In this document: piece by piece, positions 1 through 9,428 of the stretch
Numbering within the stretch: position 1 is the stretch's first letter
How the letters are laid out: every line of letters starts with the position of its first letter
DNA from: Candidatus Altimarinota bacterium
GTDB taxonomy: Bacteria > Patescibacteriota > Gracilibacteria > CAIRYL01
Assembly (NCBI GenBank): GCA_965250085.1
Contig: OZ252287.1
Coordinates: forward strand, 256,001 to 320,000
DNA length: 64,000 nucleotides
Direction: 5' to 3'
Translations under genes and position numbers: made by a program
The notes under the pieces: generated by a model
What the model was told of the DNA's origin: nothing
Database searches by the model: none
What the model saw: the letters and a program-made list of their open reading frames with translations, nothing else

Positions 1-2
1 CT

Positions 3-461
3 CTGGACAATACTATTTATGTGGACGAAACTTTTTTTGATGAACTGCAGAGTCGTTTTGGAGCCGCTGGAGGAGATGTGGCGGAAGCCTATGTGATGTC
101 TCATGAGGTGGGACATCATGTGCAAAATCTCTTGGGCATCAGCAATGATGTCCGACAGGCACAACAAAGATATCGTTCCAGTGCCAATGAACTCTCGGTA
201 CAACTGGAACTCCAGGCCGATTGCTTTGCTGGTATGTGGGTCTATTCTATTGGCGGGCAAGGTGTACTGGAGCGAGGCGAAATCTTGGAAGCAATTGATG
301 CTGCTGAGGCCGTGGGAGATGATCGCATTCAAGAAAAAACTATTGGCAGAACTCATCCTGAATCATGGACTCATGGTTCATCAGAAGATCGGAAAAAATG
401 GTTTCTCATGGGATATGAACACGGGTCATTTAATAGGTGTAATACATTTGATCAGAGATAA
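3..461 (+). CDS. Neutral zinc metallopeptidase (YpfJ-like), 5'-truncated by window edge
   Basis: HEVGHHVQ zinc motif, ELQADCFAG, and THGSSEDRKKWF C-terminal motif. Confidence 0.85.
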   Translation: MDNTIYVDETFFDELQSRFGAAGGDVAEAYVMSHEVGHHVQNLLGISNDVRQAQQRYRSSANELSVQLELQADCFAGMWVYSIGGQGVLERGEILEAIDAAEAVGDDRIQEKTIGRTHPESWTHGSSEDRKKWFLMGYEHGSFNRCNTFDQR

Positions 462-580
462 ATTGAAGTTATTTTTGAACACTTCATAATATTACAAATA
501 TTGCCTCAGTACGCATTTAGAACGCGTGCAATTCTCAAAAAAACTGGTATACTTTTTCCGTTTTTTAAAAAAATTATGCT

Positions 581-2467
581 ATGAAAAAAAATCTCAACCT
601 CTCCCTCCTCTGCGTTTTTTTGCTGAGTGGTGTTTTTGGAGTAGCAAAATATGTTGTTGCTTTCACCGATGTAGATGATTCACATCCATATAGTGAGGCT
701 ATTCTTGACTTTAAAGATGAGGGAAAAATTCAAGGGTATGAAGATGGAACATTTCGACCCGATACTACTATTGCCCGAGGTGAGTTTCTCAAGGTTTTAT
801 TTGAAGCGAATCCAAGTTTGGAAGCTGAAGAAAATACAAACTGTTTTCCGGATGTGAAGGATGAATGGTTTGCGAAGTATGTGTGTACGGCAAAAGAAAT
901 GGGAATTGTGAATGGCGGCGGTGATGGACTGTTTCATCCTGAGGACGAGATTATTTTTGCTGAAGCGGCGAAGATTATTTTAGCCTTCCAGTATGATTAT
1001 TTTTCCAAAGACAGTTTACAGGATGATCCATGGTATAAAGATTACTTAAGTAACCTCAGTGGAAGGAAGGTTGTACCCCCTAGCATTAGAGATGCTCACC
1101 ATAAAGTTACTAGGGGCGAAATGGTAGAAATAATCTGGAGAAAAGATAATTATGACCGCTTTAGAAAATCTAGCCTTTTTGTTCTTTGGAATGATGCCAC
1201 ATATACTTTAATGATTGACCTTGGTAATCCATATCACTGGAAAGATGGAATTGTGCGATATTACTCAATTGATATGCCAGAAGCTGATTTAGATTCCTTC
1301 ATTTATCTGGGAGAAGGTTATGCTCGGGATAAAAACTATGTGTATTATCGAGGTGAGACATTTGAACTGCCTGGGGTAGAGATGGATTCATTTGAAGTGC
1401 TGGGCAACCATTATTTCAGAGATGCCGATACAGTCTACTATAAAGACAAAAAAACACTTATAAATCCCACAACTGTTGAAGTGTTCAAATCGAATCTACC
1501 AAATGCAAGTCTGTTATGTTCATTGTGTCCATTTGCACGTGATAAAGAGAGTTTGTATTTTGCAGGTAAATTTATTCCGATTGATCTAGTTTCTTTTGAG
1601 TTTCTGGAATATAAGTATATAAGAGATAAAAATGGCGTGTACTATCAAAAATTTGACCATGAAGACAATATAACCATTGAAAAAATTGAAACTGCAGATA
1701 TAAATACATTTCAGCTTCTGAACGCTGGATATGCAAAAGGTAAAGACGCTGTATATTATTACGGGGAAGAATTAACGGATGCAGATTCTGATACCTTCAT
1801 TGTTTTTTCATGGTCTCACGGAAAAGATGCGAATGCTGTGTATTTTCAAGAACACAAAATTTCTGAAGATGTAGACTTCTTTAAACTTATAGGAATAGGG
1901 CAGGATAGTTTCTCAAAAGATTCACAATTTGTATACTATGGGGCAAATATTATTTCTGACGCAGATCCAGAAACATTTGAATTGATCGAGATCGAAGGAA
2001 TCTCTCCTCAACTGTACACAAAAGATAAGAATCATGTTTACTTTCTATCTGGCTATGATGAACGGCAAGGAGATATCGGAACTATCACTATACTTCCGGA
2101 ATTAGATTCAGAAACATTTGAAGTGTTAGGTCATGGGTATACGAAAGATACGAACGCTGTATATTACATTAACGAGAGAATTATTGGCGTAGATTCAGAA
2201 ACATTTGAAGTGTTGGGTTATGGGTATACGAAAGATACGAACGCTGTATATTACACTAACGAGAGAATTATTGGCGTAGATTCAGAAACATTTGAAGTGT
2301 TGGGTTATGGGTACATAAAAGATGCAAATGCTGTGTATTACAATCTCTACACCAATGAAATTAAAGAAGTTATCGGTGCCGATCCCACAACATTTGAGCC
2401 TCTTGATTGGGAATTGGCGAAAGACAAAAATTATGAATATAAAAGAGGCGAAAGAATTTCTCAATAA
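581..2467 (+). CDS. Secreted SLH-domain protein with DKNYY-type repeats
   Basis: Signal peptide; SLH motifs (FTDV, GYEDGTFRPD, TRGE); repeated YxKDKNxVYY / DSETFEVL units. Confidence 0.8.
   Translation: MKKNLNLSLLCVFLLSGVFGVAKYVVAFTDVDDSHPYSEAILDFKDEGKIQGYEDGTFRPDTTIARGEFLKVLFEANPSLEAEENTNCFPDVKDEWFAKYVCTAKEMGIVNGGGDGLFHPEDEIIFAEAAKIILAFQYDYFSKDSLQDDPWYKDYLSNLSGRKVVPPSIRDAHHKVTRGEMVEIIWRKDNYDRFRKSSLFVLWNDATYTLMIDLGNPYHWKDGIVRYYSIDMPEADLDSFIYLGEGYARDKNYVYYRGETFELPGVEMDSFEVLGNHYFRDADTVYYKDKKTLINPTTVEVFKSNLPNASLLCSLCPFARDKESLYFAGKFIPIDLVSFEFLEYKYIRDKNGVYYQKFDHEDNITIEKIETADINTFQLLNAGYAKGKDAVYYYGEELTDADSDTFIVFSWSHGKDANAVYFQEHKISEDVDFFKLIGIGQDSFSKDSQFVYYGANIISDADPETFELIEIEGISPQLYTKDKNHVYFLSGYDERQGDIGTITILPELDSETFEVLGHGYTKDTNAVYYINERIIGVDSETFEVLGYGYTKDTNAVYYTNERIIGVDSETFEVLGYGYIKDANAVYYNLYTNEIKEVIGADPTTFEPLDWELAKDKNYEYKRGERISQ
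2103..2341 (+). repeat. About 2.7 tandem copies of an 87-bp (29-aa) coding repeat
   Basis: tagattcagaaacatttgaagtgtt starts at 2103, 2190 and 2277. Confidence 0.9.
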
Positions 2468-2506
2468 TGCAATCTACTTTTTTTTCTATCTATTTCTTCA
2501 TTTCCT

Positions 2507-5500
2507 ATGAAAAAAATTATCAACCTCTCCCTCCTCTGCGTTTTTTTGTTGGGAAATTCGCTCTCTGCTTCAGCACTCAGTGATATTGGCAACCATAGAT
2601 ACCAGAGAGCCATCAGTCATATGGCAAATGAAGGAATTATCAATGGATATCCAGATGATACATTTCAGCCGGAAAAAACGGTCAACCGTGCGGAAATGGT
2701 AAAAATCATGGTGGGAGCCAAAGGTGTCACCCCTGCTGTTTCAGAATATCATGATTGCTTTCCCGATGTGCGCAGAGAGTGGTTTGCTCCCTACATCTGT
2801 TATGCAAAAGCTCAAGGATGGATCATAGGATATTACGATGCAACATTTCGTCCGGACCAAACCATAAATTTTGCAGAGGCTTCCAAGATTTTTTCCGAGG
2901 TATTTGAGCTTCCCGATGTTTCGTATACGACACACACTTCAGAAGCATGGTACATCTCTTATGTTCTTCGACTCATAGAGCAAAATGCTGTCCCGCCCAC
3001 TATACAAGGTTTCCAGGGTTCTCTTCGCAGAGGAGAAACGGCAGAAACCATGTATCGACTCATGGAGAACATACTCTCTTCAGATTCTCTGAGTTATTCA
3101 GATTTGGAGATACGATCTGGTATAGGGCTCGAATACCTCAGACTTCAGGAACTCTTGCAAGAAACGCAACAGCTTTCTCAAGAACACAGTTCTCGAAATC
3201 CTATTTTACAAACCCAGGAAACCATGCTCCTTCATAAACTTGGTATGCTCGAATCACGATATTCCAGAACACTTGCGGATAATGGTCTTTCTGTAGAGCT
3301 CTCAGGAGGATTTTCATCCGATTCACGCGGTTTTAGTGATATGCGACTCCTGACCGGTGAGCGAGCGATTGATGAGAGCTTGCAGTTGGGGTCTATTGGA
3401 TCAGATAGGTCTGACGGAAGTGATCAAACATCTGCAGATATTCCGATTTCAGATATTACCTCGGTATCAATCCCCTCTCATCCTTGGGATGAAATGTTGC
3501 AGGGAAAAACATTCTCCGTTCCTGCCATTGCAAAGCTCGCACCAAAAGACATGCTGTTTGTGCATATACAAAATGCTCAAGATTTCCTGGAGCTGGAAGA
3601 TACCATGATCTCTCTTTCCAAAGCATTTGGAGATCTGTACACCTTTGGACACATGGCTGAGCTGCGGCCAAAGATGCTACGGCGGCTGGGAATACCAAAT
3701 ATGGATACATTTGTGAGTCAGATAGATGAAGGAGGGTTTGTCAGTGCCGATCTTTCTTTTACGCCCCGCACCGACTATGCCTTGATATTAAAATTCAAAA
3801 GTACAACCGCTCAATCAGCATTTACAGCACTCTTGGGAAGTAGCACTCTTTCTGAAACCATTCAGGGATACACCGTCGTTGCTACCAATGCATCAGTGCT
3901 GGAAGAAATACAAAATGCAACCAAGAGCACCTCACTTTCCCTCTCTACGCAAAAAGATTTTCACTTTGCCCTTTCCTCGGTTGAGCCTAATAGAGATGGC
4001 ATGGTGTATCTTTCTGATGCATTTATCCGCAAACTCACTGGACCCGAATATCGCATCAATGCCCGACGGAGAAATACTGCTCTGAGCACTCTGAAGATGC
4101 TTCAATATGCTTCCTTTGCCTATCATCGCATTACCGGATCATGGCCAGATTCATTAGAGCACATGCGGAATGAACGATATATATCTCTGGATACCGTTTC
4201 TGAAGTTGCCAAGTACTCTGTTGATGCTCAGGGCAGAGTGCATCACTTGGATTGGGGAACTGTTTGGGAGGTCACGCCTGTGGGTCAGGTAGAGATTCCT
4301 ACTGTCTCAGAAACGGAAAAAGATCTTTATGAGCGATTTTTGAATGAATATCAGGGATACTTTCAGGAATTCTTTGATCCCGTTGTCATTGCCTTTGATA
4401 TTGACGAAGAGATTACCTTTCATACCGTTATCCTTCCGCTTATCGAAAATAGTCAGTACAACTGGCTCAAAATATTTACCGGGGGCATGACTTCCGAGCT
4501 TTCATTTATCAGTGACCCAGATAGAGCAGGAGATGTGTATTTTGCCTCCCACTTTGCCATTGATGATCTGCTGGCAGAATTGGGAGAACAATTTCTCTTT
4601 TCCCAGCCTAAAGAGGACAGCACACTTTCGGAGGAAGAATTTATTGAAATAGTGGAACAGGAAATCGCTGAGGAATTTGATATTGATCTTCAGCCCGGAG
4701 AACGGCTTCTGGACTTTATAGGAGATGAGATTTTGGTGGGAATCAATGCCGAGAGTTTTCAATCTAATGATGCAGAAAATATCGATGCATGGCTGGGGAT
4801 CAAAGTAACGGATCAGGAAAAAGCGCACATGTTTTTTGGGAAAATTCACGAGACTTTGTCTTCATCTCCTCAAAGCTCACAAGATGCTGTGCGAATATCT
4901 GACATCTCTACCCTACGCCTCGCTACTCAAATCTACTATGCCGATACTGCCACATATCCCGCAGATTTCTCCCCACTGGAAGGAGCATATATTGCCTCCA
5001 TACCCACTGATCCCGAAACAAATGAGCCGTATCTCTATGAGCTTCCTTCTGCTGACTGCTTCCGCATTACAACCCACCTGACCGCTCAAAACAATGCACA
5101 GCGGATGAAGGACGATGGAGGAGTGGATCCCAATCTGTATGAAGTGGGAACTCTTACGGACACCTGCAATCCCCTCTTTTCTGTTACCGATCCGGCGCAA
5201 TATGAGGCAGAAGCTCCTACTCCGCCTGAAATCCCAAAAAACGAATACAAAGGCACAGAATACTTTGTCCTCTCCTTCTACGAAGATGTGTACTATACAT
5301 TTTTAGACGACACGCTCTATATGACCCTCTCCAAACAAGCTCTTTTGAAAGTTATTGATGGATATCTGTCCCCCGAAAGCTCTTTCTCCGCCCATGTGCA
5401 AACACATATAGATAATATTGGATCTGGGCAGAGTATTGCTTTTCTTTTTGATTTGATAGCTCTTTCCAATACTCGATCAAGTTCGGGAGAATATATATTC

Positions 5501-5902
5501 GCTCCCAGCAAATGGAAATCTTTTCGTGATATTGAAAATAAAACAACATACCTGAGTGAAGCACTGACCCTTGCGGAAAATCTGCCCAATTTTGATGGAA
5601 CCCTCTCCAATAGCACCTCATATTATCGCTATGCTCCCAAAACTGTCTTTGGTGCAGAATTTGCAGTGCGCGATGGCAACATATTCCTCAGTGGCAATGG
5701 ACAAGAAGTAAATCTTTCCTCTTTAGGAATATCATTTTTTAGTGAAGAAGCAGATCTGATATATGAGACGATACTAGATCTTGAAAGCATTTCTGAGAAT
5801 ATGAAGGCTCAGTTGCAGGCTCTCAAAGGATTTGCTGTTGGACTTATGTTCACAGAAGAAGGAGTAGATATCAAAATATCTTTTGGAAGCCCAAAACAGT
5901 AA
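2507..5902 (+). CDS. Large secreted SLH-domain protein with internal pseudopilin-like domain
   Basis: Signal peptide; SLH repeats (GYPDDTFQPEKTVNRAE); internal DAVRISDISTLRLATQIYY..YP..IPTDP segment. Confidence 0.7.
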   Translation: MKKIINLSLLCVFLLGNSLSASALSDIGNHRYQRAISHMANEGIINGYPDDTFQPEKTVNRAEMVKIMVGAKGVTPAVSEYHDCFPDVRREWFAPYICYAKAQGWIIGYYDATFRPDQTINFAEASKIFSEVFELPDVSYTTHTSEAWYISYVLRLIEQNAVPPTIQGFQGSLRRGETAETMYRLMENILSSDSLSYSDLEIRSGIGLEYLRLQELLQETQQLSQEHSSRNPILQTQETMLLHKLGMLESRYSRTLADNGLSVELSGGFSSDSRGFSDMRLLTGERAIDESLQLGSIGSDRSDGSDQTSADIPISDITSVSIPSHPWDEMLQGKTFSVPAIAKLAPKDMLFVHIQNAQDFLELEDTMISLSKAFGDLYTFGHMAELRPKMLRRLGIPNMDTFVSQIDEGGFVSADLSFTPRTDYALILKFKSTTAQSAFTALLGSSTLSETIQGYTVVATNASVLEEIQNATKSTSLSLSTQKDFHFALSSVEPNRDGMVYLSDAFIRKLTGPEYRINARRRNTALSTLKMLQYASFAYHRITGSWPDSLEHMRNERYISLDTVSEVAKYSVDAQGRVHHLDWGTVWEVTPVGQVEIPTVSETEKDLYERFLNEYQGYFQEFFDPVVIAFDIDEEITFHTVILPLIENSQYNWLKIFTGGMTSELSFISDPDRAGDVYFASHFAIDDLLAELGEQFLFSQPKEDSTLSEEEFIEIVEQEIAEEFDIDLQPGERLLDFIGDEILVGINAESFQSNDAENIDAWLGIKVTDQEKAHMFFGKIHETLSSSPQSSQDAVRISDISTLRLATQIYYADTATYPADFSPLEGAYIASIPTDPETNEPYLYELPSADCFRITTHLTAQNNAQRMKDDGGVDPNLYEVGTLTDTCNPLFSVTDPAQYEAEAPTPPEIPKNEYKGTEYFVLSFYEDVYYTFLDDTLYMTLSKQALLKVIDGYLSPESSFSAHVQTHIDNIGSGQSIAFLFDLIALSNTRSSSGEYIFAPSKWKSFRDIENKTTYLSEALTLAENLPNFDGTLSNSTSYYRYAPKTVFGAEFAVRDGNIFLSGNGQEVNLSSLGISFFSEEADLIYETILDLESISENMKAQLQALKGFAVGLMFTEEGVDIKISFGSPKQ

Positions 5903-5944
5903 TTTGAGAAACATTATATCAACAAAAAAGACTTTCCAAAATTC

Positions 5945-5973
5945 TTGATTTCTCTATACGAAATCGATACTAT
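5945..5973 (+). promoter_or_regulatory. Sigma70-type promoter for the tRNA-Gly locus
   Basis: TTGATT-17-TACTAT ending 15 nt upstream of the first tRNA-like copy. Confidence 0.6.
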
Positions 5974-5988
5974 TTCCAGCGCTTTTGA

Positions 5989-6055
5989 GCGAGTATAGTA
6001 CAGTGGCTAGTACACGACCTTGTCCCGCACTGCGGGATTGAGACATGGGTTTGAT
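5989..6055 (+). pseudogene. Degenerate tRNA-Gly copy with palindrome replacing the anticodon
   Basis: 5989-6022 identical to 6354-6387; then tcccgcactgcggga instead of ccatgg; then ttgagacatgggtttgat vs ttgagacacgggttcgat; no 3' acceptor strand. Confidence 0.85.
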
Positions 6056-6074
6056 GATTTGTTTCTAGTTTAAT

Positions 6075-6350
6075 ATGAGTTATTCGGTATACATACTCCA
6101 GAGCAAGACAATCGGAAGAAGATATATAGGATATACTGAGGATGTAGAGAAGCGATTAGAACAACACAATTTAGGACTCAATACTTCAACCAGAAATTAC
6201 GGACCATGGAAAATAATCTATTTAGAAAAAGGATTTGAAACAAGGCAGAAAGCACTAAAAAGAGAAAAAGAAATCAAAAAGATGAAAGGTGGTATTCAAT
6301 TAAAAGATCTTTTACATCAATACTCTTCGAAGATAAAAAACTCACGATGA
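6075..6350 (+). CDS. Stand-alone GIY-YIG nuclease (UPF0213/SLX1-like)
   Basis: YSVYIL...YIGYT...RLEQHN...ALKREKEIK. Confidence 0.9.
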   Translation: MSYSVYILQSKTIGRRYIGYTEDVEKRLEQHNLGLNTSTRNYGPWKIIYLEKGFETRQKALKREKEIKKMKGGIQLKDLLHQYSSKIKNSR

Positions 6351-6353
6351 TAT

Positions 6354-6428
6354 GCGAGTATAGTACAGTGGCTAGTACACGACCTTGCCATGGTTGAGAC
6401 ACGGGTTCGATTCCCGTTACTCGCTCCA
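6354..6428 (+). tRNA. tRNA-Gly (GCC)
   Basis: Acceptor GCGAGTA/TACTCGC; anticodon arm cgacc-ttGCCat-ggttg; GGTTCGATTCC T-arm; encoded CCA. Confidence 0.95.
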
Positions 6429-7637
6429 GATAGGAATAACCTTCGAAAGGTTTGCCTTTTTCATTTTATATAAGCCATTTTTAAGAGGTTCGAGCGAGCC
6501 GAGAGCTTTTTCTGTGTCTTTCATCCCTTTTTGAATGGAAACGAATGGTTTATTCAGTTCCATAAACAATTTCTTGTCTTGGAGTAAAAAGTTCGAGCCA
6601 AGAGCAGAAAAAATTCTTCGTTTTGTTTGAAGGTCTCCTTTTTCAAATTCTACGCGGGCGTGTTGGGCAAAATTGAATATCTTTTCTATTTTGTTAAGCC
6701 AATTATTTTTCTCTGTGTTGTATGAGTTAATCCGTTGATTTAATTTTCTTTGTTCCTTTTCAAAGTTCTTCTTATGTTGCTTGTAAGTTTCGTCTGAAAT
6801 AACTCCTTTAAGAAGTTTTTGAAGAAGTGTCTCAATCATTACTTCATTCTCGTTGTATCGCTTTTGTAATTGAGTACGCTTTACGACGAACTCTTTTGTC
6901 TCTTGCTTTGACCGTTTACGCAACTCCTTTGCAAACCATTCAGCAAATGCTTTTGGAATTTGAATAGCATTCAGCACTTTCTCTATTTGTTTCTCAAGAT
7001 CTTTTACCTGAAGATATTTTTGACCGCACTTAATAGTAGGATTTTTTTTGGTACAACGAAGATAATGGTAAATACGCACTCTACCATCTCCCTTATTTAC
7101 TTTTCGTTTTGGTGGTTCTTCCGTAACCATACATCCACATTCAGCACACCTAATTAGACCATTGAAAGCGTGTTCATACTTATTTTTTCTAGCTTTTCCT
7201 TTTCTTCCGAGAATTATTTGTGCCTGATCAAAATCTTCCAGACTTATTATTGAAGTATGGTTTCCGTGCTTTATTTCTCCGTGCCAGTCATAAAATCCTG
7301 TATAGAAGAGATTATTGAATATCGCATACCAGGTACTCAAAGAAACTGGTGCGGATCTTCGAGTTCTTAATCCTTCTTCGTGTGCTAGTTCTTTTATCTT
7401 GGATACTGAAAAATTACCTGTTAATAGCCTTTGCCAGGCAGTTCGAAGGTGAGGGAGTCTTTCAGGATTATCCTTTACTTCCTTTATCTTATTTCTACGA
7501 GCTCTTTCTTTTTGAAATTTCTTCCAGGGAATCAGCGGCTTCTTGTCTTCACCAATAGGGATTACGGAGTATCCTGATTTTTCATAATTTAAAGCAGCTT
7601 TGAGTACTTCATTTACGTTTTTGTGATGATTGTTCAT
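6417..7637 (-). pseudogene. Deletion fusion: prim-pol N-terminus joined to a large serine recombinase lacking its catalytic domain
   Basis: N-terminal ALNYEKSGYSVIPIGEDKKPLIPWKKFQ (prim-pol start); then recombinase domain (IFNNLFYTG, GNHTSIIS), Zn ribbon CAECG..YLRC and coiled coil; stop codon lies inside the tRNA. Confidence 0.75.
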
Positions 7638-7779
7638 TTACTTCATGATTAAAGATGTATTGGAATAGGCTGAGAATTCTTTCGGCACTAGCTTCTGCTT
7701 CCCTTTCGGTAATTTCTTCACCGAACTCAGCAAAATGTATTTGTTGATACTCCCTAATTGATTCTGGTGACAGTTTCAT
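7609..7779 (-). CDS. Small hypothetical island protein (56 aa, MKLSPESIREYQQIHFAEFGEEITEREAE...)
   Basis: Hand-translated ORF, coupled by an ATGA overlap to the SpoVG-like gene. Confidence 0.6.
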   Translation of the reverse strand: MKLSPESIREYQQIHFAEFGEEITEREAEASAERILSLFQYIFNHEVNEQSSQKRK

Positions 7780-8051
7780 AAGGGATAATTAGTTATGTCT
7801 TTAACTTTCCTAAAAACAACCTCTTCAATCTCTTTCGACAAATCCTTATTCAGCGGATGAAAGAAGTTGATATGATGTTCTCCAATTTTCTTAGTCGGAT
7901 ATGTCAGCCTTAATCCTTCTCCATCTAAGCGCGTATGCACTCCAATCGATCCAAGATAGAGCTTGTTATCAAATACCAAGCTGGCAAAAGCTATGAGACC
8001 GTTCTTTGGTTTTATAGGTACTATTTCAACTTCGGTTATTACGTTGCTCAT
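7776..8051 (-). CDS. SpoVG-family nucleic-acid-binding protein
   Basis: ITEVEI..LIAFASLVFD..IGV..LTYP..FHPLN pattern. Confidence 0.7.
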   Translation of the reverse strand: MSNVITEVEIVPIKPKNGLIAFASLVFDNKLYLGSIGVHTRLDGEGLRLTYPTKKIGEHHINFFHPLNKDLSKEIEEVVFRKVKDITNYPL

Positions 8052-8154
8052 AAATTTTGTTTAAATAAAAAAGCCCGCCGACGAGCTGACGCTCTCAGCG
8101 TATCAATAAGTAACCGTGTGATTAAAGGTGTTTAAAAGCGGATTTTTGTGTGAT

Positions 8155-9327
8155 TCACAGGGTGTTTTTGAGGATTATTTGTTCAGTTATCTCTACCAAT
8201 CCACCATTTAACCGAATTAGAAAAGAATCTGTTAGCTCTTTTGGGGCTTTTGCTTTTTTAAGTTTTACACGTAATCTATTCCTTAATCCTTTAATTTGAT
8301 CTGCATAGAATACTCTTTTTGTTCCAGTTTTTCCATGTGGTAACTGATGTTGAACTTTCTCTCCTCCAAATGCATTATTAAAAACTTCGCACGGTGTTGT
8401 TCCCTCATTAATTCTATGAATAGACTTCCCTCCAAAATAAAATTGTAGCTTCAAAGGATCATATTCAACCTTTAATGAACGGTGTCGTCGCACATTATTT
8501 TTTATTGTTTCTGATTCAGTATTCTTTTTACTTTTTAGTCCTGTTTTAAGATATTCAAAGTCAAATTCAAAAGTTAGACCTTTCATTTTTTCTTTGAAAT
8601 CGTCATAAAACTTTTTGTATATATTAATGCGAAATGCCCAAAGATATTTATTTTTTTCTGTAAAAGATAAATGATCTTCGACAGCTCCTATATGCACAAT
8701 TTTAATATCACCAATTTTCTCTAAAAACATCATAACCGCAACAAAATCTAAGTCATCATGGTGACTCTCCTGATTTACAATTAAATTCTTATCAGGATGA
8801 TCTTTGAGTAAGGAATATATTTCTTTAACTATTTTTTCTGTCTGTTTTTCAGCTTTCAAGAAATTCTTTTCTTTCATAAACAATTCATCATTCTTCCATT
8901 GTCTTAAATATGACTCTATAAAGCGCCACACTGCCGAAGGATCAAGATTGATTGAATACATATGACTTTCACTTCCTTTTGGTTTTGGCGTGAAAATAGC
9001 AAAAGGATCATAATCGTCATTATTATCATCAAATTTGTATCGAAGAGATTTTAGCAGGTCACTGAACGCTTCTTCCTTAAAGTGGTCTATGTAGAGCTCT
9101 TTTATTACTCCATATTGCTTACACAGCGATACTAAGTAATCATAGAAGTCTTTATCAGGAATCATTTCACATATAGCATCACTCTCATAGAATCCAGGAT
9201 AATCAAAAAAGCCTTTACCATGATTGCTTTCATTTCCTCGTTCCATGGCATGACTATATTCAGCCATCAAATAATAAACGATGAATAGTAATCTGCTGTC
9301 ACAATATGTAAAAGAAAACCTCTTCAT
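8155..9327 (-). CDS. Hypothetical island protein
   Basis: 390-aa ORF; start uncertain; basic C-terminus. Confidence 0.55.
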   Translation of the reverse strand: MKRFSFTYCDSRLLFIVYYLMAEYSHAMERGNESNHGKGFFDYPGFYESDAICEMIPDKDFYDYLVSLCKQYGVIKELYIDHFKEEAFSDLLKSLRYKFDDNNDDYDPFAIFTPKPKGSESHMYSINLDPSAVWRFIESYLRQWKNDELFMKEKNFLKAEKQTEKIVKEIYSLLKDHPDKNLIVNQESHHDDLDFVAVMMFLEKIGDIKIVHIGAVEDHLSFTEKNKYLWAFRINIYKKFYDDFKEKMKGLTFEFDFEYLKTGLKSKKNTESETIKNNVRRHRSLKVEYDPLKLQFYFGGKSIHRINEGTTPCEVFNNAFGGEKVQHQLPHGKTGTKRVFYADQIKGLRNRLRVKLKKAKAPKELTDSFLIRLNGGLVEITEQIILKNTL

Positions 9328-9428
9328 TATTGGTTCATTACTTTTTTAGTATCTTTTGACAAAACAAATTTTAGCCGTTTTATCTAAGGAAATAAAGTGA
9401 AGAGTCGATGAAACACTACATAATATAT

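Noticed and set aside
5989-6428. Group I intron in tRNA-Gly
   Set aside because: The insert is almost wholly ORF with no room for a ribozyme core, and an uninterrupted tRNA copy is present.
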